From an uncultured Anaerolinea sp. (GTDB lineage Bacteria; Chloroflexota; Anaerolineae; Anaerolineales; Anaerolineaceae), in NCBI GenBank assembly GCA_964470275.1, contig CAYYBP010000001.1:1-56996 (forward strand): a DNA stretch of 56,996 nt, read 5' to 3'. A program made the position numbers and the translations under genes. Positions 37,208 through 47,000 of this stretch are shown here, piece after piece. The first letter of the stretch is position 1. The number at the start of each line of letters is the position of its first letter. Under the pieces are notes generated by a model. That model was not told the DNA's origin, did no database searches, and worked only from the letters and a program-made list of their open reading frames with translations.

Positions 37208-38080
37208 CTAGAACAGGTAGAAAATAACCATCACCGCGACCCCCCAAAGCAGGATCGAAACCTGGAAAGGACGGTCCTTAAGAAGGATCTCTTCCGGTTC
37301 TCCGCCAGCGTTTTCCATGTTGATAAGGTAAAGGTAGCGGAAAATGGCGTAGAGCACGAATGGGATGGTGAGCATCATCGAATGATTTTCCGGCAGGTTT
37401 GGCGCTGAAAAGGTGTACAGTGAGTAAGCAATGATCGTCGCGGAAGAAACAATGGTGATCAATTGATCGATAAAGGCGATGGAATAGCCGGACAGCACCC
37501 TGCGGTGGGATTCGGGATTTCCATTTACCATCACGGAAAGCTCTGCCCGGCGCTTGCCAAAGCCCAGGTATAACGCCAGCAGGGTCATTACCACGTATAA
37601 CCACGGCGAAAAACGCTGGACTTCGATGACTGAGACGCCGGCCGCCACCCTGAGGTCAAAACAGGCAGCGATCACCAATACATCGATGAGTGGATAATGC
37701 TTGAGCCATTTGGTGTAGACCATGTTCAAAACAAAATAGATTGCGCTGATAATGAAGAAACCACGTGAAAGCAGCAGCGAACCCAGCAGCGCGACCAGCA
37801 GGAATACTACCGCAGCAGTAAGCGCAGCGCTGATGGGCAGTTTTCCGGATGCGATCGGGCGGTTCTTTTTCACCGGGTGGTTGCGGTCGGCTTCCCGGTC
37901 AAGCACATCATTGATCAGGTAAACGCTGCTCGCCAGCAGGCAAAACAGGAAAAACGCAGCCAGGGTGTCGAGGAAGGCGTCGAGGTGCAGAAGCTTGCGG
38001 TCAAAAACCAGCGCGGCAAAAATGAAGGCGTTTTTGGTCCATTGACGCGGTCGCATGGCTTTGAAGAGGTACTTTAGCAT
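37208..38080 (-). CDS. UbiA-family prenyltransferase resembling decaprenyl-phosphate phosphoribosyltransferase (DPPR synthase)
   Basis: About 8 TM helices. First Asp-rich motif NDVLDREADRNHPVKKNRPIASG closely follows the NDxxDxxxDRxHPxKxxRPIAxG pattern I associate with Rv3806c-type enzymes. Confidence 0.7.
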   Translation of the reverse strand: MLKYLFKAMRPRQWTKNAFIFAALVFDRKLLHLDAFLDTLAAFFLFCLLASSVYLINDVLDREADRNHPVKKNRPIASGKLPISAALTAAVVFLLVALLGSLLLSRGFFIISAIYFVLNMVYTKWLKHYPLIDVLVIAACFDLRVAAGVSVIEVQRFSPWLYVVMTLLALYLGFGKRRAELSVMVNGNPESHRRVLSGYSIAFIDQLITIVSSATIIAYSLYTFSAPNLPENHSMMLTIPFVLYAIFRYLYLINMENAGGEPEEILLKDRPFQVSILLWGVAVMVIFYLF

Positions 38081-38126
38081 AAAGTAAATATATCATAAGT
38101 CTGATGGATGAATGTAAAATTGAATT

Positions 38127-38954
38127 ATGGAAAAAATCCGGCTGGATGTGTATCTCGAGGAGCACGGTTTTGCGCATAGTCGATCGTTAGCGCAAAGGCT
38201 GGTGATGGCGGGGCAGGTGCGGGTGAACGGGCAAATTGCGCTCAAACCAGCCGTCAAAGTTACCGATAGCGACGTGATCGAATTAATCGCCCCGCCAAGG
38301 TTCGTCTCCCGTGGAGGGGAGAAATTACTGGGGGCGCTGACCGGGTTCAACCTCACCTCGCTTAGCGGCAAGATCTGTGTAGATGTGGGCGCGAGCACCG
38401 GGGGATTCACCGATTGCCTGCTTCAGCACGGTGCGGAAAGGGTTTACACGGTGGATGTCGGTTATGGCATCCTCGAATGGAAGATTCGCAACGATCCAAG
38501 GGTGGTCGTGATGGAAAGGCAGAATGCGAGGTATGTCCAGACCTTTCCTGAGGGGATCGACCTGGTGGTGGTCGATGCGTCCTTCATATCCTTGCGAACC
38601 CTGCTGCCAGTGATTCGAAAATGGTTTCTTGACCAGCCTGGTCAGGTTATTGCGTTGATCAAACCGCAATTTGAAGCCGGACGCGCAGAAACCGCCAAGG
38701 GCAGCGGTGTGATCAGGGATCCAGAAATCCATAAATCTGTTTTACGGGATGTACTAGCCTTTGCCAGCGGGGAGGACTACGAGGTAAAGGGGTTGGTCAG
38801 GTCACCTCTTACTGGACCCAAAGGAAACATCGAGTTCCTGGTATATCTGGTCTGCCCCAGGAGCGGGGAATGTGATATTGAAGCTTTGATAAGCGCCCTC
38901 TCCTGGCCGCAAAAGACGGGCGGGGGGATTGATGACACCGGTTTGGAAAAATGA
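38127..38954 (+). CDS. tlyA: TlyA-family rRNA 2'-O-methyltransferase (hemolysin A-like)
   Basis: S4 domain (RLDVYLEEHGFAHSRSLAQRLVMAGQVRVNG) plus an FtsJ-type SAM site (DVGASTGGFTDCLL). Confidence 0.92.
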   Translation: MEKIRLDVYLEEHGFAHSRSLAQRLVMAGQVRVNGQIALKPAVKVTDSDVIELIAPPRFVSRGGEKLLGALTGFNLTSLSGKICVDVGASTGGFTDCLLQHGAERVYTVDVGYGILEWKIRNDPRVVVMERQNARYVQTFPEGIDLVVVDASFISLRTLLPVIRKWFLDQPGQVIALIKPQFEAGRAETAKGSGVIRDPEIHKSVLRDVLAFASGEDYEVKGLVRSPLTGPKGNIEFLVYLVCPRSGECDIEALISALSWPQKTGGGIDDTGLEK

Positions 38955-38978
38955 AATAAGGTATACTTTACCCCGATC

Positions 38979-40778
38979 ATGCCGGTTGAGACGATTCGTA
39001 ACTTCTGTATCATCGCTCACGTTGACCACGGGAAATCCACCCTGGCTGACCGCATGTTGCAATTAACTGGCACGATCTCGGACCGCGAAATGGTTGAGCA
39101 GGTTCTTGACACGATGGATTTGGAACGCGAAAAAGGCGTTACCATCAAAGCTTCAGCAGTCCGAATGAATTACAACTACCAGGGAACGGATTACGAACTT
39201 AACCTGATTGACACCCCCGGGCACGTTGATTTCAATTACGAGGTCAGCCGGGCGCTTGAAGCCTGTGAAGGCGCGTTACTGGTTGTGGACGCGACCCAGG
39301 GAATCGAGGCGCAAACCCTTGCCAACCTGTACCTGGCGGTTGAATCCAACCTCGAGATCATCCCGGTGATCAACAAAATTGACCTGGCGTCCGCCCAGGC
39401 GGATGTGGTGGCGGAAGATATCGAAGCGCTGTTAGGCACTCCGGCCGAATCGATCTTGCGAGTCTCCGCCAAGGAAGGTATTGGCGTCAGGGAAGTATTG
39501 GACGCGATTGTTGCTCAGATCCCTGCGCCGAAAGGCCAGAACGCGCATCCATTGCAGGCGTTGATCTTTGACAGCCACTATGATTCCTACAAAGGTGTTA
39601 TCGCCTACATCCGCGTGATGCAGGGACAGATTGGATCCGATGATACCTTGCGATTAATGGCCACCCGGTCGGACGTGAAACCGGTTGAAATTGGCGTGTT
39701 TTCCCCGGGAATGATCCCTACTAACAACCTTTCAGCCGGTGACGTTGGCTATGTGGCAACCGGTTTGAAAACGGTGAAGGAATGCCGGGTGGGTGATACC
39801 TTTACCCTCTCTGCCAATCCAGCCGCAGAACCCTTGCCCGGCTACCGGCACCCGAAGCCGATGGTTTTTGCCGGTATCTATCCGGTTGAGGGAGAAGATT
39901 ACGAAGCGTTGAAGGAAGCGCTGGAACGGTTGCAGTTAAATGATGCCTCGCTGGTGTATGAACCAGAAACCTCCCAGGCTTTGAACTTTGGTTTTCGCTG
40001 CGGTTTCCTGGGTCTATTTCACATGGAGATCATCCAGGAACGCATTGAACGTGAATACAACCTCAATATCGTTGTCACCGCTCCATCCGTGGAGTATGAA
40101 GTTGTTCTTGCCAGCGGCGAAGTCCTAACAATCTCGTCTCCCGCCAAACTTCCGGATGAAGGCATGATCGCTGAAGTGCGCGAACCATGGATGCGCCTGG
40201 AAATTATCAGTCCCACTGAATTCTACGGGACGATCATGGAATTGACGACCAAGCGCCGGGGTACCTTCATTTCACAGGATTATCCATCGCCGAACCGGGT
40301 GCAGTTGAACTATGATATTCCTCTTTCTGAACTAATCGTTGATTTCTTTGATGATCTCAAATCTCGAACGCGGGGGTACGCCTCAATGGACTACCATATC
40401 CTCGATTACCGTCCGGGGAACCTGGTGAAATTGGAAATCCTTGTGGACAACGAACCGGTGGATGCCTTGGCAGCCATTGTCCATAAGGAAGATGCCTACC
40501 GCAAAGGTCAATCCCTCATCACCAAGTTAAAAGCGCTCATCCCGCGGCAGCTCTTTGATGTAGCCATCCAGGCATCCGCCAGCGGCCGGGTAATCTCGCG
40601 TGCCAATGTCAAGGCATTGCGCAAGGATGTGTTGGCGAAGTGTTATGGCGGTGATATCACCCGAAAGAAGAAGCTGCTTGAAAAACAAAAGAAAGGCAAA
40701 CGCCGGATGAAGATGGTGGGGGATGTTGAGATCCCGCAGGAAGCGTTCATGGCCGTGCTGCGGCTGGAGGATGAATGA
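38979..40778 (+). CDS. lepA: Elongation factor 4 (LepA)
   Basis: [33 protein letters not shown] and the LepA-specific C-terminus ([25 protein letters not shown]). Confidence 0.97.
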   Translation: MPVETIRNFCIIAHVDHGKSTLADRMLQLTGTISDREMVEQVLDTMDLEREKGVTIKASAVRMNYNYQGTDYELNLIDTPGHVDFNYEVSRALEACEGALLVVDATQGIEAQTLANLYLAVESNLEIIPVINKIDLASAQADVVAEDIEALLGTPAESILRVSAKEGIGVREVLDAIVAQIPAPKGQNAHPLQALIFDSHYDSYKGVIAYIRVMQGQIGSDDTLRLMATRSDVKPVEIGVFSPGMIPTNNLSAGDVGYVATGLKTVKECRVGDTFTLSANPAAEPLPGYRHPKPMVFAGIYPVEGEDYEALKEALERLQLNDASLVYEPETSQALNFGFRCGFLGLFHMEIIQERIEREYNLNIVVTAPSVEYEVVLASGEVLTISSPAKLPDEGMIAEVREPWMRLEIISPTEFYGTIMELTTKRRGTFISQDYPSPNRVQLNYDIPLSELIVDFFDDLKSRTRGYASMDYHILDYRPGNLVKLEILVDNEPVDALAAIVHKEDAYRKGQSLITKLKALIPRQLFDVAIQASASGRVISRANVKALRKDVLAKCYGGDITRKKKLLEKQKKGKRRMKMVGDVEIPQEAFMAVLRLEDE

Positions 40779-41809
40779 TCGAATCTAAACCTGCAGTAAA
40801 AAAGCTGAATCTGCGGTGGCTGCCGGGTGTGTTGATCAGTGCGGTGGCGATTTTTGCAGTCGTTCGCTTTTCTAATATCAAGGATGTCGGGTCTGCGTTC
40901 CGCTCAGTGAAGGTCAGCTTCCTGTTGCTGCTGGCGGGGTTGAGTGTCCTCACATTGGTGGTAAGAGGAGTTGCCTGGAAGTCCATTCTTGGCAATAAAG
41001 TTAAATTTGACACTGCTTTTTTCGGTGTGTGTGAGGGGTATTTACTCAATAACCTGCTCCCATTCAGGGCCGGTGAACTGGCGCGAGGTTTATTTGTAGG
41101 CAGGTCATCAGGTCTTGGCACAATGCATGTTCTTTCAACCATCCTGATTGAGAGGGCATTTGATATCGTATTTGCTGCCAGCATCTTCCTCCTCACACTG
41201 CCAAGAGTGGTCGGCGCCAGTTGGATGAAACCGGTGGGGTTCACTGCCTTTGCAGTTGTCTTGATCGGGCTGCTCGTTCTATTTCTTATCTCGAAAAATC
41301 GCGAGCGGGTAAAAACATGGATCGAGGCGAGAAAATTCCGCTCGAGTTTTATCAATACCCGCATTGTTCCGCAGGTGAACAAATTGTTGAACGGTCTCGA
41401 AGCACTGGTGAATCCAGCCCAATTCTTCCTCAGCATCTTCTGGATCGGGATGACGTGGGTGTTGTGGGTTCTGATCTATTACCTGGCTGTATCTCAGGTG
41501 GTGAATACAGCCCCACTGTGGTGGGGTGGTTTCATTGCCAGCCTGCTTGCCCTGGGTGTAGCAATTCCCTCTGCTCCGGCAGCGGTGGGTGTGTATGAAG
41601 CTTCCATCGTCGGCGCTTTTTCCATCCTGGGTATTTCAAGCGGGATTGCCCTGGCTTATGGTATTGTCCTTCATGTTGCCCAGATCATTACGACTTCCAT
41701 ATTTGGACTTTGGGGATTGATCAGGGACGGTCAGAACTTTTCAGAAATTCTGACGTCTATTAAATTAAAAAGACAGGCAGAAGAAATCAATAGTGACCAG
41801 GAGTTATGA
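40775..41809 (+). CDS. UPF0104 / lysylphosphatidylglycerol-synthase-TM-like (flippase-like) integral membrane protein
   Basis: 344 aa, about 8 TM helices. [15 protein letters not shown] motif as in the TIGR00374-type family. ATGA overlap with the lepA stop. Confidence 0.65.
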   Translation: MIESKPAVKKLNLRWLPGVLISAVAIFAVVRFSNIKDVGSAFRSVKVSFLLLLAGLSVLTLVVRGVAWKSILGNKVKFDTAFFGVCEGYLLNNLLPFRAGELARGLFVGRSSGLGTMHVLSTILIERAFDIVFAASIFLLTLPRVVGASWMKPVGFTAFAVVLIGLLVLFLISKNRERVKTWIEARKFRSSFINTRIVPQVNKLLNGLEALVNPAQFFLSIFWIGMTWVLWVLIYYLAVSQVVNTAPLWWGGFIASLLALGVAIPSAPAAVGVYEASIVGAFSILGISSGIALAYGIVLHVAQIITTSIFGLWGLIRDGQNFSEILTSIKLKRQAEEINSDQEL

Positions 41810-42834
41810 TGAAAGGCTTTACATTGATCACCGGCGGAGCAGGTTTTATTGGTTCGAATTATGCTGCCCGGTGCATTGAACGAGGTGAAAAGGTTGTCAT
41901 TTTCGACAACCTATCCAGGCATGGAACCGAAGAAAATATCGAATGGTTGAGCGACCGGTTCAATCGTGATTCCTTCACATTGATTCGGGAGGACATTCGG
42001 GACGCTGAGGGGGTTAAAGCCGCCGCGTCAGGCGCAGACCGCATCCTCCACCTGGCTGCCCAGGTGGCGGTGACCACCTCGGTGACAGACCCGCGGACAG
42101 ATTTCGATATCAATGCCAAGGGTACATTCAACGCCCTTGAAGCAGCCCGCGCATCCGGACGGAAGCCGGCTTTCATATATGCATCCACCAACAAGGTATA
42201 CGGCGCGATGGAAACCGTGGCTGTGGTGGAAAATGAAACCCGCTTTGATTACAAGGACCTTCCGGATGGGGTTTCCGAAGAACAATCCTTGGATTTTCAC
42301 TCACCCTACGGTTGTTCAAAGGGCAGCGGGGACCAGTACGTTCGAGATTACGCGAGGATCTACCAACTGCCCACGGTCGTGTTCAGGCAGTCCTGTATTT
42401 ATGGCACCAGGCAATTTGGCGTTGAGGACCAGGGCTGGCTGGCCTGGTTTATTATCGCCGCTGTAAAACAACGTCCGATCACCATTTATGGGAACGGTAA
42501 ACAGGTCCGGGATGTGTTGTTCATCGACGATCTCCTTGATGCGTATGATGCTGCTTTCGGCCATATCAACACGGTCGCTGGCCAGGTCTTCAATATTGGC
42601 GGAGGTCGTGATAATTCAATTTCGGTCTGGATGGAATTTCGACCCATGATAGAAGCCATGTTGGGGCACCCAGTTAAAACCCGGCAGCGTGATTGGCGCC
42701 CGGGTGATCAGCCGGTTTTTATCTCGAATATCCGGAAAGCGCGCGCCCTGCTTGACTGGCAGCCGAAGGTTAAACTCGACCAGGGAATCAGGCGTTTGTT
42801 TGATTGGGTCATGGATAACCAGATTTTGTTCTGA
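41806..42834 (+). CDS. NAD-dependent sugar epimerase/dehydratase (extended SDR)
   Basis: ITGGAGFIGSNY Rossmann motif, catalytic STNKVYG ... YGCSK (YxxxK). Resembles CDP-paratose/UDP-hexose epimerases. ATGA overlap with the upstream gene. Confidence 0.85.
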   Translation: MMKGFTLITGGAGFIGSNYAARCIERGEKVVIFDNLSRHGTEENIEWLSDRFNRDSFTLIREDIRDAEGVKAAASGADRILHLAAQVAVTTSVTDPRTDFDINAKGTFNALEAARASGRKPAFIYASTNKVYGAMETVAVVENETRFDYKDLPDGVSEEQSLDFHSPYGCSKGSGDQYVRDYARIYQLPTVVFRQSCIYGTRQFGVEDQGWLAWFIIAAVKQRPITIYGNGKQVRDVLFIDDLLDAYDAAFGHINTVAGQVFNIGGGRDNSISVWMEFRPMIEAMLGHPVKTRQRDWRPGDQPVFISNIRKARALLDWQPKVKLDQGIRRLFDWVMDNQILF

Positions 42835-43997
42835 TGAAAATCCTGATCGTGCTTACCTACTATCGTCCACATATCAGTGGGTTGACCATTTACGCTGAGC
42901 GCATCGCGAAGGCGTTCACCGCCCGTGGTCACCAGGTGACTGTGTTGACGTCGCGTTTCGACCAAAGTCTGCCGGGGGAGGAAGTGACGGACGGGGTGAG
43001 GATTGTGCGCGCGCCGGTACTCCTGCGATTGAGCAAAGGCGTGATCATGCCCACCTTTGGCGCCCTGGCAAATCGCCTTGTGAAAGAGCACGACGTGCTG
43101 CAGTTGCATCTCCCTCAATTCGACGCTGCCGGCGTGGCATTGCGCGGGCGGCTGCTTAAGAAACCGACCGTTGTTACCTATCATTGTGACCTTGAATTAC
43201 CACCCGGTATTTTCAACCGCATCGCCAACACGGCCGTGCTGTTGATGAACGATCTGGCAGCGAAATTTACGCACCGCATCGTGACCTATACCCAGGATTA
43301 CGCTGATCATTCCAGCTATACAAGGAAATATCTTCAAAAGGTGCGTGTCATCCCCCCGCCGGTGGTCATGCCGCAGGTAAGCCCGGCGGAAATCCTGGAG
43401 TTTGCCAGGCAGCACAACCTGCGGGGTCGAAAACCGGTGATCGGGATGGCTGCAAGATTCGCCACTGAAAAAGGGGTCGAGGTATTGCTGAGGGCGATCC
43501 CCACGATCCTCAATTCATACCCCCAGGCACTCTTTCAGTTCGTGGGGCCGTATCAGAACCTGATCGGCGAGGAGCAGTACCTGCAGCGCTTGCAGCCAGA
43601 GATCGAAAAATATGAATCCACCGGCAACTGGAAATTCCTGGGCTCGATGTCGCCGGCAGAAATGTCCGCTTTTTACTCGAACCTCGACCTGTTGGTGGTT
43701 CCCAGCCTCAATTCAACCGAAGCATTTGGTTTGGTCCAGATCGAGGCCATGATGCATGGTGTGCGGTGCGTTACCTCAGATCTGCCAGGTGTGCGTCAAC
43801 CGGTCCGGTCGCATGGCATGGGTTCGATCTTCCCGATCGGTGATTCGTCTGAGTTGTCCAGGCAGATCTTACTGGCACTGAAAAAAAATGCTGTTATTGA
43901 AAATGCATATACTGATTTTTCCGTGTATTCTCCGGATAAAATTGCTGAAGCTTACGAACACTTGTTTGACGAGATCGCTCAAGAACTGCAAAAGTAG
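42834..43997 (+). CDS. Glycosyltransferase, GT4-like (GT-B fold, retaining)
   Basis: EX7E region STEAFGLVQIEAMMHGVRCVTSDLPG. N-terminal MKILIVLTYYRPHISG. TGATG overlap with the epimerase gene. Confidence 0.88.
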   Translation: MKILIVLTYYRPHISGLTIYAERIAKAFTARGHQVTVLTSRFDQSLPGEEVTDGVRIVRAPVLLRLSKGVIMPTFGALANRLVKEHDVLQLHLPQFDAAGVALRGRLLKKPTVVTYHCDLELPPGIFNRIANTAVLLMNDLAAKFTHRIVTYTQDYADHSSYTRKYLQKVRVIPPPVVMPQVSPAEILEFARQHNLRGRKPVIGMAARFATEKGVEVLLRAIPTILNSYPQALFQFVGPYQNLIGEEQYLQRLQPEIEKYESTGNWKFLGSMSPAEMSAFYSNLDLLVVPSLNSTEAFGLVQIEAMMHGVRCVTSDLPGVRQPVRSHGMGSIFPIGDSSELSRQILLALKKNAVIENAYTDFSVYSPDKIAEAYEHLFDEIAQELQK

Positions 43998-44023
43998 AGA
44001 CCATTCAGGTTGGAGAAGAACCC

Positions 44024-47000
44024 TTGTTAGAAGAGACTGATCAAGACACTCTCCATGGTGGAAGGAAGAAACCACCTGTCAACCGTTCCTGGGTGTGGGA
44101 TGTGTTGCTGATCGGTATTCTTCTTATCAGCGCATACCTGAGGTTTACGGGGATCAACTGGGACGCGAACCAGCATCTACACCCGGACGAGCGTTTCTTA
44201 ACCATGGTGGAAACCTCTCTCACCCCGGTTAAGGACCTGGCCGAGTATTTTGATTCTGCCCGGTCGAGCATGAACCCCAATAACCACGGTTTCACGTTCT
44301 ATGTGTACGGGACCCTGCCGATTTTCCTTGTCCGCTATGTTGGGGAGTGGATCGGTCAGACGGGGTACGACCAGATCAACATTGTAGGCAGGGTGCTCTC
44401 AGGTATCTTTGACCTGGGCACAATTGTTTTCATCTATTTGATCGGCAAGCGCATTTACAGGCATCCACGGCTCGGGTTGCTGGCAGCGTTGTTCAGCGGG
44501 CTGGCGGTGTTGCAAATTCAGCTCTCGCATTATTTCACAGTAGACAACTTTGCCAACTTTTTCACATACGGCGCCATTTATTGCGCGGTTTGTATCTCCA
44601 CACAGAACCACCAGTCTGAAAATAAACCTGATACCCAGGCAGAGCGAGAAAACAAATCCCGGGTGCCGGCCTGGTTGACAACTGGATGGCGCTGGTCGGT
44701 TCCGTATCTTCTGTTTGGGTTACTTTATGGCATGGCGCTGGCATCCAAATTAAGCATCTGGGCGCTTGCTGTGCTCTTACCACTCGCGGGTTTGCTCGCA
44801 TATCTCAAGACCCCGTCTGAAAACCGGGAAACCAGCGTGCCGCTCATTATCCGCAACCTGGCAGTCGCGGGCATCCTGGCTTTCTTAACTTTTAGATTCT
44901 TCCAGCCATACTCATTTATGGGTCCGGGTTTCTTCGGTCTAAAGTTGAACCCGGGCTGGCTCTCCAGCATGCGTGAACTTTCCACGCTCATGAAGGGAGA
45001 CGTGGACGTGCCGTACGCTCTGCAATGGGCCAGGCGGCCCGACACCTTCACGATTCAGAACCTGGTGCTGTGGGGGCTCGGGATTCCATTGGGGGTTCTT
45101 TCCCTTGTGGGGCTGCTCTGGATGACCTGGCGGATGATAAAAGGTGACTGGCAAAAGCATGTTCTAATCTGGAGCTGGACGGTTTTCGTGCTGGTCAATC
45201 AGTCACTCACCTTTGTTAAAAGCATGCGGTATATCATCTCCATTTATCCAGCGCTGGCGCTCATCGCGGCATGGACGATATTCAAGCTTTTCGAGAAAGC
45301 TGGTGTTTCAGGCGTAAAGCTCAAATCGATACCTTTCAATTGGCGTCGGATGCTGGCTGTCTCTGTTACAGCGCTCACAATCATAAGCACTTTTCTTTGG
45401 GCGTTTGCTTTTCTTTCCATATACCAGAAACCGGTCACCCGGGTGGCTGCAAGTGATTGGATCTACGAAAACATACCGGCAGCGATCAACCTTCACATTG
45501 AGGGGGCCGACGGACAGAAAATTACCCAGCCGGTTGCTTATCAGAACACGGCTGTGATCTCGGCGGAAACCCCTTACACTTACCATTTTACGATCGACCA
45601 GCCAGCCCAGTTATCCGTGGTAGAGGTGGAGAATGTGCTCAGCCAATCCAGCGACACCGGATTGGTCTCGATCCTTGCCACGGTTTATAAAATTGACGGG
45701 GAAGCCCGCACAATTAGCGGGGCAGGCTTCTTGCAATCCGAGTTCCGCGGCACATCTGATTCCAGGGGAGACCTGGCATCAATCATTTTAGATCAACCGG
45801 CTTTGCTTGAGACTGGCGCTCAGTACCTCCTGGAGCTAAGCGTGGCTGAGTCTGATGTTTTCCTGCGCATAGGTGGTGGAGTAAGCTTGAAATTGGATCA
45901 GGAAGAGCTGCTCCTGCCATCCCCAGTCTATAAATTAACTCAAAATTCACCTTTCCAGGTGAACTTTGTACCGAGAGCAACAGGCGAATTCTCCGCCTTA
46001 ACGCTGCACAGGGTCGTGGACCTTGCCGGCACCAACGAGGACAGTGTATTAACCGCCTTGCTGATGGATCCGAACGATCCACAGCAGATCCTCGCTTCGG
46101 GCGAAATCATCGCTAATTTTAAGCCGCAGGATGACCCGCGCGGTGAAAGCGCGACCATCCAGCTGGATAAACCTGTCAACCTTGACGATACCCACATGTA
46201 TACCCTGGTGCTGACCGTGGGTGGTAAAGCTGAGCTTGGCATCTACAACAGCGTAACCGTGCTTGAATCTACCTGGGATGACGCCCTACCGGTTGGATTA
46301 CATGGATTTAACCAGTTTGGCTACTGGGATGGTATATACGGGAATAATCTGAATCTGGAGTTGTACTGGGACGATAATCAGGCGAAACTTGACCGCCTTG
46401 AGACGATGCTCAACCGTGGTGATGCGATCTTCATGAGCTCGAACCGCCAATGGGGAACAATCCCAAGGGTGCCTGAGAGATACCCGTTGACCACCGAGTT
46501 TTACCGCGCGTTGATCGGCTGCCCCGAAAATGAGGATATCCTCAAGTGTTTTGCGATCGCAGAACCGGGGCGTTATCAGGGTGAGTTGGGATACGAGTTA
46601 ACCGCGGTCTTTCAAAATGACCCGGCGATAGGGAATCTCCGGATCAATGACCAGCGGGCGGAAGAAGCATTTACCGTGTATGACCATCCCAAGGTCCTCA
46701 TCTTCACCAAAAGCGCAGATTATGATCCTGCCCGGGTGGAGCGCATCCTGGGGGCGGTGGATCTCACTACCGCGGTACATAAGACCCCGCTGCAGGCTAC
46801 CAGGATCGGGGGCAATCTGCGCTTGAGCGCGGACGCTTCAGCCATCCAGACCTCTGGTGGCACCTGGGTGAAACTGTTCCCGCCGGATTCGCTGTTGAAC
46901 AGGCTGCCCTGGCTGGCGGCGGTAACCTGGTACCTGGTCATTCTACTGCTTGGTTGGATAATTTACCCGATAACCCGTTTTTTCCTGGCAGGGCTGCCAG

